From the NCBI GenBank assembly GCA_002245135.1, contig NGBS01000890.1, positions 62,001 to 126,000 of the forward strand: a stretch of 64,000 nt of DNA, read 5' to 3'. Position 1 is the stretch's first letter, and the number at the start of each line of letters is the position of its first letter. This DNA comes from Proteromonas lacertae (lineage: Eukaryota). Below are positions 13,969-28,030 of this stretch, one piece after another. The notes below the pieces were generated by a model. The model searched no databases. It had not been told where the DNA came from and saw only the letters and a program-made list of their open reading frames with translations. The translations under genes and the position numbers were made by a program.

Positions 13969-15552
13969 ATGTTTTTTTCTTTTTTCTTGCTTTTAAGTTA
14001 TGTATTGTGTGATGCTTCTAGTATTTTTATTGAAATGTAATATTTATAGCTCTAACTACAAGCATTTTACAACCAAATATGGAAAGAATCTGCAGAATGA
14101 GCGATGGTCCTTATTGTCCTTTTATAAACAATAAAAGAAAATTAGTATAGTTATTAAAATATGTAATCATAGAATATATTTCCCATAACACCACCATCCG
14201 CAAGTGAATCAAATTTAGAGAAATTGAAGCATTTTCGAGGTAGTACTCCATCAAAACCAATACTACTAAGTGATATAAGTCAAAGTTATCAATCAAGTAT
14301 ATATGAGAATAATGCTGCTTCTTATGCAACAGATACAGTGTCAAACACAATGTATTATACTATATCTTATTCTAATTGTTAATATTTATATAGGAGTATC
14401 ACTTTAGTTGAACAAATGAGCTGGTGGCAAATGGATTTTAAAACTCCTAAAGAAATCGATGGAATAACATTCAGTTATTATGAAGAAATAGAAAAATCGA
14501 AAAAAAGACGAAAAAACAGACACAATTCTAATCGTCTCCTCAAAATCTCTTCCAAATTCAATATGTGAGAAAGTAATAGATTGTAATGGTGTAATAAGTG
14601 CAATAGAATCATCACAATATAATATGCCATTAAGGGAATTAACTTGTAGTTTAACAGTTAAGGAAATAGAAGGTAAATTCGTATGAAGAGTATTACTGTC
14701 ATGTTTCATTCCCTATTGGAATAACTGCTAAGTATGAATATAACCATTATATATTATTATTATTATTGCATAATAGAAGTATAAGATTTCAACATAAAAA
14801 TGAAGGGAGAATTATCTTAAATAACTTATCAGTAACTCAATTTCAATCAACTCAACCAAAAATGAAATGTAATTTTTATTATTTCTATTTTTTTTAATTT
14901 ATTTATATTTATAGTAATTGAAATTCGTTTAGGAGAAGGAGAATTAACAGAAGAAAAGATTAAAGATGTATTAGAAAAAGCATTAGAGGATATGATTGAA
15001 AGTATAATAATTGTCATTATTATTATTATTATATAGATGGTGAAGTACCAGCAGATAAAGTGGAAAATATAAAAGAAACAATACAAAATCTAGTGGAAAA
15101 TAACAACGTTGGTACAAATGGAGCAACTGTGGTAATAGAAAAAGAAAATTCTGTTGAAAATAATGTAGAAAATGAAAATATAGAGAATAGTAATAACATG
15201 GATTATGTGAGTAAAGAAGAGCAAGATTTAGAAGAAGAGAAAATGATGAAAGAACATCCATTAGAACAAGCAAATATTAGAAGAAAAGAAGAAAGAGGAA
15301 GAAATGGAACAAGAGAAAATACATAAAGTGCAAGAAGAAGAATTAAAACAACAACAACAACAACAACAAAATAAAGAAGAAGTAAAATATGTTAAACCAC
15401 AAGAAACAGAAGAAATCGAAGTAAGAGAAGATTATCAAAGTGATGATAAAAATAGAAATAGTTATTCATCTTCTGAAGAGAAAAAAGAAAGATCTGAAAC
15501 AAAAGATGATGAAAATAATGATAATGATTATGTTCCATCAAATTTTGGTTAA
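13969..15552 (+). CDS. Signal-peptide protein with a galactose-binding/fucolectin-like domain and an acidic low-complexity tail
   Basis: ATG at 13969 (MFFSFFLLLSYVLCDA); spliced reading gives ASYATD...SWWQMDFKTPKEIDGITFSY. Several introns and apparent +1 indels near 14500, 14680 and 15272. Mostly absent from the ORF track. Confidence 0.5.
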
Positions 15553-15649
15553 AAGAATTTAAATTTGCTAATTTTTTTCTTTTACTATTGTTTTAGAATG
15601 CTTTTTTCAAATAAGATTTACAAACAAGTTTGATTTTTCATTTATTAAA

Positions 15650-18600
15650 ATGGAGCCTTCTGGAAGATTTAATGAGGAATATACACCAATATTCGAAAAA
15701 GAAAAAGGAAGTCATGGTAGGGTGGTTATATGTCAGAATAAATGTAACGGATGTATAAGATCAGCGAAAATAGTTAATAAAGATTTAATTAATTCTGATT
15801 TGGATGTATTAATTGAATATATGTAATATAATACTAGATAAGCAGCATTATATCTCATCCTAATCTTCTTCATATTTATGAAGTATGTGATGATGGAACT
15901 GATATAGTATTAATTGAAGAACCGTGCACTAAAAATTTACAGGAAATTATATATGATTATCGATCAAAATCTATAATTCCTTTTGATAAAGACATTTTGA
16001 AATTATGGCTAAGTCTTTTGAATGGTTTATATGCGTTGGTTGAAGGATGTCAATATCATGAGAATATTACAACTAAAAATATACTTTATAAGAATGGAAT
16101 TTATGTGTTAAGTGATCCATTATATTATTATAAAAATGAAGCACAGCCAAATGATAATAGCATTAATTATAATGAAGATATTTATCGAATAGCAGAGATA
16201 ATATATGAATATATATCTTCAACTACAATTGAAGATTTACCAATCGATAGAAACATCATTCAATTATTGAATGATTGTTTGAATAAAAAGATTACCACAT
16301 TTCAACCATTATTTACCAATCCATTATTTGTAGAATACCAGAAAGAAGAATGTATAATTTAAAGATAATTATTGTATTTATAGTGAAGTATGGTTCAATA
16401 TTTTTAACTCCTAAATTAAAACTTCCACATTATAGTCATAATGAAATAATTAGATATATGAAGGAATTAGTAGAATTAAGTTATAATGGTATATAATGAT
16501 ATACATATATATATATATAATATCATTTTTATATAGATGAGAATTATTACATATTAAGTACAAATTCAAGTATAATATACAGTTATTATAATGAATAGGT
16601 TTATTAAAAGCAATAAAAACTATTACATCAGACTCTCAATTAATCAATGAACAATTGCTTGGTTTTAAGATATTTAAAGCTTTAATTAAGAATAGTATAT
16701 ATATATCTTTTATTTATTAATTATATATATTGTTATAGAGAAAACTATAAGTAAAGTTCATGATACATTTCCTAGTTATACTGAGTGGAGATTTATAACA
16801 AAAGATAATTGGATTCCATTTGAAGAATGCAAGAACTCAAATTATACAAAGTTACTAATAACAAACAATATTGATATAAAACAAGAATTTAGTTTCTATG
16901 AGTTTTTAATAATGTGTTCATACTTTTACAAATGTGAATGTTTAGAAATTAGGAAAATTCAGCTTCCTTCAAAACATTATGCTGATATTATTTCATTATT
17001 TCCTAATCTTAAATCATTGATGTTTAATGGTATGTATTATATAATTATTTTTACAATAACAATAGAATTGCATCTAGATCCAGATACAATGTCTGCTTTA
17101 AAGCCAATTATATCAAATCAATCGAGTATTGTCAATTTTCAATTATCGTGTATTTTTATGTTATTCATTGCATATTTAAATAGATAATGGAAAAATTGAT
17201 TTTCTTTTGCCTATTGTTGGTTCTACCTTTGTTCATTATCATTTATCTGCTCTGAATTTTTCAAGTATAATTATCTCAATTTTTATTTTTTAATTAGATA
17301 ATCCATTTTCTGTTGAATCAATTAAAGGAATGGTAAATTTTTTCCCATGTTTGTTTCATATCAAATATATTGATTTATCTCGTATTTTTTTATCATAATA
17401 TATATATATATATAGATTGTGGATTATGTGATGAATCTGTTATTGAATTCTCTTATCATTTTATAAAGCTTAGTGATTTAGAAGTTCTTATTCTTTCTCG
17501 TATTACTTTTCTATTATACTGTCTTATTTAGATAATGCTATAAAAGATACGACGATGAAAATATTTCCCACCAACTGTTTAGGATTAAGATCACTTAAAA
17601 CATTGAAACTGGAAAGTATTTTTTTATATATACTCTATAATTGTTAGATAATTGCATAAGTGATTATGGTTTTATGCCTTTAGTCTCATCATTACTTACT
17701 CTTCCATATTTTCAGTCATTATATATAAGATGTATATAATTATACAGTATATATAAATCTGTAGATAATAACTTAACAAAAATGGGATATGTACACTTTT
17801 TACATGAAAACATCAAGATGAATAAATCTGTGTTTATCGATGAAAGTATATATATAATCATCTATCTATTGAAATAGCTGCATTTAAATCACCATGGGTT
17901 AAATCATTTATGAAAATAAAAGAAGAAGAATTGAAATCAAATCCAGATTTATTAATAACTCTTTCTGATGTTCTTAATAATGAATCAGATTTCTTTGAAT
18001 TTTGTTATTTAGGAGGAGCTAAAATGCTTATAAATTGTATGAATCAGACTAACCCTTCAAAATTAAAAATCTATTTACCGTTATTAATAAAAATACATGA
18101 ATCATTCATTTCGATTAGCTATTGTTGTTGTTTTGGACTTATTCCTGCTTTATTAAATATGTTCAATACTACAGATGAATTAGTTCAACTTTATGTATTG
18201 TCATTTTTATCTACTTGTGCATTTTGTGATGAAAATATTGAAGAAATAGTAAAAAACAATGTTATATACAAATGCCTTGCTATACTACAATGGAGTGTGA
18301 ATGATAAGTTAAAATCAATAACTGCTACGTTATTGAGTAATTTGTGCGAACATTCTGGTATGAATATATATATTTATTTATACCAGAATATTATTTATAT
18401 GTTTTAATAGATGAACATAAAGCTTTTGTAACTGAGTTACAAGGAATAGAAAGACTTGTAGATAATCTTTCTTTTGGAAATATTGCCTTAGCTAATTCAG
18501 TGATAGATGCTTTGTGGAATTTATCATCTTATAAAGATAATGTTACAAGAATTAGATCATCAAAATTATTGGAATATTATCCCAAATTATTAGTAGAATC

Positions 18601-18823
18601 TGATGAATCGGTTCAATATTATGGTTTAGGATGGATATTAAAATTGACAGGTATTTATATATTTATCAAATTATGTATTAAATAGAAGAAGAATGTGAAG
18701 GATTTAATAATGAAAAAGGAGTAAAAAGTTGTTTAGAAATGATGAAAGGTGAAAAATGGTATAATAGAAGCAATTCTTATCATGCATTATACAATTGTTT
18801 TGAATATAAATGTATATATTTCA

Positions 18824-18860
<37 letters not shown>

Positions 18861-19117
18861 TTAGTTGAGTTTACAAATTCTATAAAAGATGATGATGTTG
18901 ATATGATGATAGAATCTATAAAGAGTGAATATACGGAAGAAGTTGAATACAGTTTAAGATTGTTAAGAAAATTAGTAGCCAGTTCAAGAGATTATCACTT
19001 TATACAAAGCTGAAAATAAACGAGTTAGTTAATTTATCTGACAAATTGAATAGATGTGCAAAATATGAATGTGATTTATTGCTTAATGCAATTGGATATA
19101 AATTTATAGAGGAATAG
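15650..19117 (+). CDS. Degenerate protein-kinase domain + RNI-like LRRs + armadillo repeats
   Basis: Kinase fold (EKGSHGRVVIC, SAKIV, HPNLLHIYEV, HENITTKNILY); 84-nt LRR exons at 17298-17731; ARM-like repeats (ATLLSNLC, DALWNLS); many short introns. Confidence 0.7.
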
Positions 19118-19228
19118 AATTATATTTACTTGTGAACTATTGACATTTGATTGATTTTTGTAGATTTGGGGTGTTTGAAATTTTTTTAATGACCCAATTT
19201 AAAATAGCCGTTATTCCAGTTTTAAAGA

Positions 19229-20711
19229 ATGAACTCTAAATCTAGAAAGATACAAAGCTCTAAGAAAAACAGAAATGTGATAAATACAAAAAATCGATCT
19301 GTATCTTCTTATACAAAAAGTAGTACTAAGAAAGTAGTGGATAACAAAAAGAATAGTGATGCCCAATTTGGTTTCTATGAATGCACTGTTAAAGAAAATA
19401 TATCCTTGAAAAAGGAAGTAAAATTAAAATCAATAATGGTAAATAGTCTTCTAACAGATTTAAACACAATGAGAAGTTATTTAGAAGTAGTAGATCAACG
19501 TCGTTTGCATGATGTAACATTAATAAAAGATTTGCATGATACTATACTAAAAATGAGTAAAAGTAACGAACATATGTCAATTTTATATCAACAATTCTTT
19601 CCAGATGGTTTAGATCCACAAATAACAGAGACATTAAAACCTCCAGAAATGAGAAAATATAATTATCAAAAGAATGATAATTTATGTTCATGTGATGACT
19701 GTGTGATGTCAGCAACACATGCAAAACATTCCCGACAATTACTAAAAGAGAAACAACAGAAAGATGAAGAAGAAGAGCAAAGCAGATGTGAAGAAATTAA
19801 AAAATTAAATGAAGATATATTATGTTGGAAAGATAAATATTTTCAATTTAAACAACTCTTTCAAAAGAATCATTCTCTTACTGGAATAACATTTAAAGAT
19901 TATGGAATAATCAGTTGTATAGTAAATAAGAAGAAATATAAATCATATTATGATAAATCCATTGATTTGTTGAGTGATGAAAATAAAAAGATGAAAATGA
20001 AATATTTATCGAATGATATTGATTCTTTATATTATTATACAGATGATGATGAAAATGATGAAGAAAGAAGTAGTAGAAATAACAATGGTATATCTAAAAT
20101 AGAAAAACCAATTAATATCAATATAAACTATGATAATTCATTGTTACAAATTGAAGATAGAGTTAGAGAAAAACAAGACTTAGAGAATACAATAAAGCTA
20201 CTAACTACCAGTCGTGAGATTATACAAAACAATATTAATGAATTAATCAAAGAAGAAAGGAATATTAAAAGAAAATATAAATAAGTTGAATATAACCTAT
20301 AAATCTAAACAAGAAGTGAGTGATATAAATGAAAATGTATCATATTTGGATCATAGCATAAAATTGGCTGAAAAAGACACTTTGGATGTGCAATATAATA
20401 TGTTAAAAGATGAAATAACGAAATTAGAATCTTATAAATCTGAATTAATAGAAAGAGAAGATGATAATGATAATAATGATAGTTTTATTACTTCACAAGA
20501 TAGGAGTATAGTAAAAAGAATAAATTCTGTTGAAGAAAATGAAAAAGATAAACAAATACAAATATTACAGGAAAGAGTAAGGTTGTTAACTGAAGCATAT
20601 AATCAATTGAAAGATGATTATAATAGTTTTACATTGAATAGTTCTGATTGCTATGTTACTGATAGTATTTTGAATAGTGTTGATGAAATAGTTGCTAAAT
20701 ATGATTTATAA
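19229..20711 (+). CDS. Hypothetical coiled-coil protein; two ORFs joined by an apparent +1 shift at about 20281
   Basis: The 351-aa and 141-aa ORFs abut at tataaataagttg; removing one base gives a continuous frame. Confidence 0.6.
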
Positions 20712-20821
20712 AAAGTTAATATAATTGTTGTTGTATTTAAAATTTGTTTTTTTTGTGTTTTTGAGATTTAGAAAGAAAAAAGAATAATATAATAAAATTA
20801 ATATATATTTATTTATGTATT

Positions 20822-23800
20822 TTAATAATAAGTATTTCTTTCCAACCAACCACAATTCCTTACTAAAAAATTACCTTCTTTAAATTCTTACTTGCCATTC
20901 GTGTAAATAATCTTAGAAGTTCTTCACCAATAATAAATATAACAACAAACAGTAATGGAGTAAACCAATCTTCCAATGTTGCTGCTCTTGATCCAACTAA
21001 AATATCATTAATCTTTGGAGTGTATGTTAAAAACATAGTAAATATTAATGAAAATACTAATGCATTAAACATATTGACATTCTTAAATCCAACATTGTAT
21101 AATGAATCGATCTTACTCTTACACATCCAACAATTACATATTTGTAACATAATCACAGCTATAAAAACGGCAGTTTGAGCAACAGCAAGTGTTTCTTGTT
21201 GACACATTCTAGAAGCAATATTAATATAAGTATGATTGTTATGAAGAGTGGTTAAATGAGGAAATGAATAATTTGGATATTTTTGTCCATTATCTACTTC
21301 TAATATTGCTTCTTTAAACATTTTGATAAGGATCAACAGATGTACTATTTCCAAACTTTATATCTTCATGTACTTTTGATTCTATATAATATGCTTTATC
21401 ACTTGTTTGTTCAATAAATCTAACTTTATAAACTCCTAATGGTTGATATGGAAATATTTCTCTTCGATTTCTACCAGCTAATCCTACAACATCATTTGAA
21501 TAAATGTCATATTTTAACCAATCTTGATTCCAGAATGATGATTTCGCAGCTCTATATGGTATAAATTCAACATAACCATTTCTATATAACGCATTAATAG
21601 ATAAGTCAGTTATAACTACTTCATCATCAGTATATCTTCTAAATGTATATGGATCATTTTTATCATATTCATCTTCATCATAAAAACTAGATCTGTAGTT
21701 TTTAACTGGATAAAGACAATCATAAATATCTTTGTAATCATTATGTTCATAAAACCAATAACCTTCTTGATATATCTTATGAATATCATCAACTAATTTC
21801 AAACCAGATAATTCCCATCTTGGTGATCTTTCATTGCCATATATATTGTAAAAATGACCATCTCTTAATTGACAATAAAGTGTTTGTTTTCCCCAGTTAT
21901 TGAAGTTTCCTAAATTAAATAATTCTTTCACTGGATAACCATATCTAGTCATTACCACTAAATAACTAAACCAGCAACCAACTAACTGAAATAATCCAAC
22001 TCTGAACAATGAATAACCTATTAATTTCTTATTCATTATTGATGTATGTTTTTCAAGTGGATTCTTTTCAAATATATCTTTTTCTGGCTCTTCTGTTGAG
22101 AATGTACAAGCATTTATTAATTCGATTAAACAATCATTCACAATGACTAAAGAAATAGATAATGGAAATGGAATTCCCATCATTATATAACATGCAAAAC
22201 AAGCAAATTGTGAAACATTTGAAGTTATAGAATATGCAATTGATTTTTGTGTATTATATAAGTAAGTCCTTCCTTCTTTCAACAATTTAGTAATGGTAGT
22301 TAAGGAATAATCATCTTCACAAATTGCATTACATTTATCTTGAACGATTTGTGCAATATTGGATTGTCTAGTTAATGAAATAGTAGCAATATCTAAAGAT
22401 GGTAAATCTGTAACATCATTACCAACTAATAACACTTTTTCTTCTCTTTTAATCAATTGATCCATTAAATAATATTTCATCTCAGGAGTTACTCGTGCAA
22501 ATATTATCTGTGGATGTTCTAATATATCTTCCCATACTTCATCAGGTATATCTTTAGTTATATCTTTTGGTTCTAATATTAATAGTTCAGCATATGCTGG
22601 TTCTTTATATCCAGGTATAGTTGATACTAAACCATTCTTTTTATTGTATTTCACAATTTCTGCTTCATCCATTGACCAAACTAAATTACTCCTTCTTGCA
22701 ATTGCTTTGGCTGTTTCTACACTTTCACCTGTTGTGATTATATACTTCATTCCACCTTCTAAACAGTATTTTGTTGCTTTATCTATTTCACTAATTGGTT
22801 CAGCATTTAATATAACAAATCCAATGAATGTTAAAGGTATTTTTGCATGTTGAGTATATAATTTATTATTCAATTCGTGTTGAGTATCTTTCCAATCTTC
22901 ACCAATTGGGAAATTCAGTGGTTGTAACGAGTATTTATAATCATCATTATATATACGATAATCTAACTCTAATTCAGCTACAGCAAGTACAATTTTGCCT
23001 TCACCTGATAATTCATCAAATTTTTCTTTTATTTCTTCTAATTTACTTACTCCCAATTCTTCTAGTAATCCAGATTTATCATAATAATATTTACATCGTG
23101 GAATTACAGCTTCTGGAGCTCCTTTCATTGTCACAAGATGATTAGGTGATGTAGAAATATGATTAACAGAAACTTGGAATTTAGTATTTTTACTGAATGG
23201 TATTTCTATTATTCTAGGATTTGCAGTTAAATAAGAATCAATATTAATCTCACTCTCTTCACAATATTGTAATAAAGAACAATCTATTGGATTACCAATT
23301 GGTTCCCATTCTAATTTATTATCAATTTTGAATGGTTGAGATTTTTTGAATTTTTTAAAGATACAAATATTTCAATACATCATCCCATTTTGCATCATTA
23401 CATAAACAACAACATCTTAAAATACGATCGATTTTAGATGGTCTAAATTTGATAGATATCACGTCAAAATCAAACATTATTTCAGTCACTTTTGGTATTG
23501 ATTCTGTTAATACTCCAGTGATAGGAGCACAGATTGTTGTTATCTTTCCCAAATCTTCTAAAGTCTTAGAACTCTTTATTTGTATATTTAATTGATTTTT
23601 TATTCTTTTCATTGTTACTAAAATTATTGTAGACATTACAATCACTATATTTTCTGGTAAGAAAGCTACAATAATTCCAGTTGTTGTTGCTAATATCATA
23701 ATTGGCTGTCTATCTGTAGCATACTCAGCTATTAAATATGCAAACACAAAAATAAATGAAACGGCTAGTATATAATTAATAATGGATTGGAATGAGATAT

Positions 23801-24776
23801 ATTCTGATTTGGCATAGTCTCCACTTTGATTTAATCGATCCATTATTCTCCCTTTGAATGTTGTTGAACCTGTTAATACAACTACTCCTCTTATACATTC
23901 TCCTTGAGTTATAATAGTGTCTTGGAACAACATATTCTCTGCATTGAATATATTCAATTGTCTATATTCAGTTGATCTTTTTAAATTAATATCTAATCCT
24001 GTTAATGATGAATGGTTGGTTGTTAATGTATCAGAACATTCTATTATTCTTATATCTGCTGGAATTATTGTTCCTGCTTTCATTCTGATGATTATATCAC
24101 CTGGAACTAATGAAGATCTGTCATATAAATCTATCTTTTTACCTTCTCTTATTACATGGTAGTTTTTATCATTTATTTCTAATTTTTCACTGTCTGTTGT
24201 GAAATAATGCATTTGTTTCTGTGATTCTGTAGCTGTTTTTGTTATTAAGGTAATTGTGTCTTTGTAATAGGATAAAGCAATTGATACAATTTGTATTAAT
24301 AACAATAAAATACCAGATACCAACTATAAAATAAAGAAATTATCAATCAATATACATATGTATAGTTCAATGTTAATCCAAATAATATAAAACATAAACA
24401 ATATGAAAGCAATAAGAAAAAGTTGTGCAATGTGGTGATATTGATAAATAGAATGTGTTTCTTCGATGTTGGTTTTAGCATAGCAGGTAATTCATTTTTA
24501 CCATATGTGTTTAATGCATCTGCATATGCTAATTCTGTTAATCCCTACATATTAGTGTAAAACGATATACTTTATCATAAGAAGTATTTAGATCTTTTAA
24601 TAAACTGTGAAGCGGTTCAGTATGTTGTTTCTACAATATTATAAAATAAATAGACATACAAGAGAGAATTTAACCTGCTGTTGGGCATAATCCTCAAATT
24701 TCTCATCGTCAGATAATTGACCTTGCTTATAGCCATATTTAGAGAAAAATGTAGCTACATCTATGTTACTTGCCAT
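20822..24776 (-). CDS. Highly divergent P2C (Na+/K+-type) ATPase alpha-like protein lacking the catalytic motifs
   Basis: YGKNEL, LVPGDII...IPADIRII, PFSKNTKFQVS, MKGAPE, IIFARVTPEMK, KSIAYSITSN and C-terminal GWLERNTYY (cf. WVEKETYY). Three 5' introns; apparent indels near 23357, 21320 and 20880. Confidence 0.85.
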
Positions 24777-24828
24777 TTAAATTCACCTCTATCAGCAAGA
24801 TTTTTAAGTCAACGTATCAAGTGTATTG

Positions 24829-24838
24829 AAAACGAATA
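24829..24838. promoter_or_regulatory. Same candidate motif (reverse orientation) in a 96-bp bidirectional intergenic region
   Basis: AAAACGAATA between divergent ATGs at 24776 and 24873. Confidence 0.6.
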
Positions 24839-24872
24839 AAAATTTTGAAACATAAATTTCAAAAAAGAAATT

Positions 24873-25735
24873 ATGGATGTAGATGATGATAATGATTCTG
24901 ATCTATACAATCTTGATGATTCTGATGACAATATTGAGTCATATACATTGAATGATGATGTTTGTTGTTGTAGATTTGTTGATTATTCTGGCAATAGTAG
25001 ATCCATATTGTTTGATGTATTCTCTATAATTATATTGCATAGTGGGATGATTTTGATGATGTATGTAGTGATTGTTTAATGTGTACATCGACATTAACAA
25101 ATACTATACAGTATATATATATATATATATATATCATTAGGTTGATTGGGTTGTGCATACAGAGAATTGTAGCTATACATTTACTTATTCCTCTATGTCT
25201 TTTATTTTCTCTAATAATCCTCTTTTATATAAAAGATAACCATCATATGATTATATGGTTTTATCTATCAATATTAATTATATTTATTATCACATTATCC
25301 TGTAGTTTTAATGTAAAAGGTTGGATGTTATTTCCTCTAGTTAATTCTTTAGTTTTACTCTCTTTTCTATTATTATTCGTTGTATATTATAGCAATATGT
25401 TATTATTTATTTTCAACATTATATTATTAATGGTTATTATTGTAATGTCAATTAAGATGTTTTATGAAAAAGATTATCATTTATTGGATGTTAGAAAGAA
25501 TGAAAAATCATGTTTGTTGTGTATGCAAATTAATTATCCTTCTCATTTCCACTCTATTATATATAATAAATGTATTCCAATCAATTCAACCAAACTGTTT
25601 GCTTTGATAATGAGTTTAATACTGATTATGTTGTTTATTAACACATGCATATACAAATTTAGTATAGAGTTAGTATCATCATCAGTAATTATTTGTATAT
25701 CAGTAATAATTGATTTAATAAGATGTTTGTCTTAA
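24873..25735 (+). CDS. Multi-pass membrane protein resembling a degenerate zDHHC23-like palmitoyltransferase
   Basis: Spliced N-terminus CCCRFVDYSGNSRSILFDWDDFDDVC, several hydrophobic helices, and a decayed Cys-rich segment CLLC...HFHSIIYNKCI with no DHHC. Confidence 0.45.
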
Positions 25736-25832
25736 TCTAACTATTTTTAGAAATATAGTCGTTTTGTAATACTAGTGAGGCTTAATTTATATGAATATAT
25801 TATTAAATTATTACATATTAAAATTTCAAAAA

Positions 25833-27512
25833 ATGAAAAACGTCTTTTTGTTTGTCTTATTAGCTGTTGTTTCGGCAACTATAACAAAATGTGGATTTGA
25901 TCCGAAAGACTTTCCAGTTAAAGTAGTTCCTCTTCAGAAAAACAAAGCTGTTAAAGAATCTGGTGTTTATGAGTCAATAAGATTTCATAAACACATATTT
26001 GATATGCCTACTATACAAAAGACTGTTGAAAGGAGTACAATTGAGACTATTGCAACTGATGTTTTGAATAAAATCCAAAGTTTTCTTAAAGTAGAGAGAA
26101 CAGATTCTATTATTAAAGTACCTGCTAATGCACTTACCAAGATGGACGAAAGGTATCAGTTCCAGAAGAACACACTAATCCTGGTGTTGCTGATACTGAT
26201 TATGTTATTTATTTTACGGAATGGAATTGTGGTGATGGAAGTTCTACAATAGCAACAGCTGGTCCTAAAGCTGCATATGACAACAATAGACCATTTATCG
26301 GAGTTGTTCATTTATGTATTCAAAAAGCTGAATCAATGAAAACTGATAAAGAATATTATGAAGTAGTTGTTTTACATGAAATGATGCATGCAATGGGATT
26401 TGGAACTTTATTCGATCGTTTTCCAGATATGGTGAAAGATACAACTGTAAATGGAAAACCATTTAAACAAATAGTAACACCTAAAGTATTAGCAACAGTA
26501 AAAGAACATTATGGATGTGATTCGATGACTGGTGCTTTATTAGAAAATGATGGAGGTGATGGAACAGCAAATAGTCACTGGGAAAGAACATTGTATAATG
26601 GTGAATTAATGCAAGGATGGATATCATCTACTGAACCAAATGTTTTAACAAATATGACTTTAAGTTGGTTAGAAGATACTGGTTTTTATCAAGTAGATTA
26701 TTCAGTAGCTGAAGAATTGAAATTTGGTAAAAACAGAGGATGTGAAATGACAAATATGAAATGTAAAGATGAAGCAGGAAAAGCAATAGGTGATTTCTGT
26801 GATACTAATGTTGAACAACAATGTAATTATAATTATAAAGGGCAAGGCTATTGCATAGATTCAAAAGCTGTAGATGGTCTTAATTGTCCAGTAGCAACCA
26901 TGTACACAAATGGTTTATGTACAAATCCAGAAAATAATAAAAGTCCAGAGAATGATTATGGATTTGGAAGAGTATATTTTATCATTATTTATTATGTAGT
27001 TTTATGGAGTAAATGGATTTTGTCAAAATAACGAAGATTTCCTTCTATCAACAGTTACATCAAAAGATAAGATTACTAATGTGTGTACAAAGATCCAATG
27101 TCCACCATCTACTCCCAATGAATATCAAATAGTATTATGTCCATTAAAAGATGGATGTAAAAAAGATAGTGATTATAAAATTGGTACATGTAAGAATGAA
27201 GGTGAAAAAATAACAGTTGATGGTTATAAAGGAACTATTACTTGTGTTAAAAGAGATTATGTATGTTCAGCTAGTAATGGATATGATAGTAGTGTTCCTA
27301 TAATCGATGGTGGTAAAGATGATCCAATTCCTTCATCCACAACATCTCCAACAACAACCACAAAAACAGATGGAGGAGATGATGGTGATGATGACAGTCA
27401 TACTAGCAAAGATGATGATAGTCATACTAACAAAGATGGTGATAATAATAATGTAAGTAATATGTATGTGATTTGTAGTATGTTACTATTCATCGCATTG
27501 ACATTATTCTGA
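25833..27512 (+). CDS. Leishmanolysin/GP63-like M8 metalloprotease, probably GPI-anchored
   Basis: Signal peptide, HEMMHAMGF, LENDGGDGTANSHWE, ELM, LEDTGFY, Ser/Thr/Asp-rich stalk and hydrophobic C-terminus. One apparent -1 indel near 26135 and one intron near 26972-26999. Confidence 0.9.
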
Positions 27513-27560
27513 ATATGATGATAATAATATTATCTTATGAATTATTGATAATGTTGTTTT

Positions 27561-28030
27561 TTGATAATATTTTTCATAAAATATTTTAAAACGGACAAAA
27601 AATGAAATTTATCTTTTTGTTTTTTATCGTCTATTTGACAAATACTGAACTTGTGACAAACAAAACTGTTGAGATTTATTATGATACACTTGGTGAAGCA
27701 TATATAAACTACGAGAAAGGTTATATTAACAGAATAGTGAATGAAGAACAATTTCCTTTATCTAGTGGTTATGGCAGAGTTACTTTTGAGATAAATAATC
27801 ACAATATAAAATTATTAGAATATAAAGCCACAGAATTCAGTTCAAAGAAGTGAAGATTGTTATTCACCAATGTTTATTAAAACTATCTATATAGGAATAT
27901 TTCGAGGAGCAAATCGAAAAGATCCAAGTAAATGTAGTTCAATCGAAAAAGCAAAAGAGTATATAAGATATACTGAATTAAGTATGAGATTATGGTCAGG
28001 AAATCAAATTCGAATAGCTCAGAATGATGA
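27561..28030 (+). repeat. Copy 1 of a ~470 bp direct duplication (promoter plus 5' end of the metzincin-like gene)
   Basis: Near-identical to 31839-32313. Confidence 0.95.

Noticed and set aside
18826..18856. (TA)n and (TAT)n microsatellites, also near 17400, 25112, 51205 and 60020
   Set aside because: Simple repeats inside introns; they explain the spurious YIYIYI and YYYYY ends of ORFs.
23312..23364. GTATCTTT on the minus strand of the ATPase gene as a possible U12 GT-AG donor
   Set aside because: No AG acceptor restores the frame, while deleting one T gives a plausible continuous YLKKFKKSQPFKIDNKLEWEPIG.
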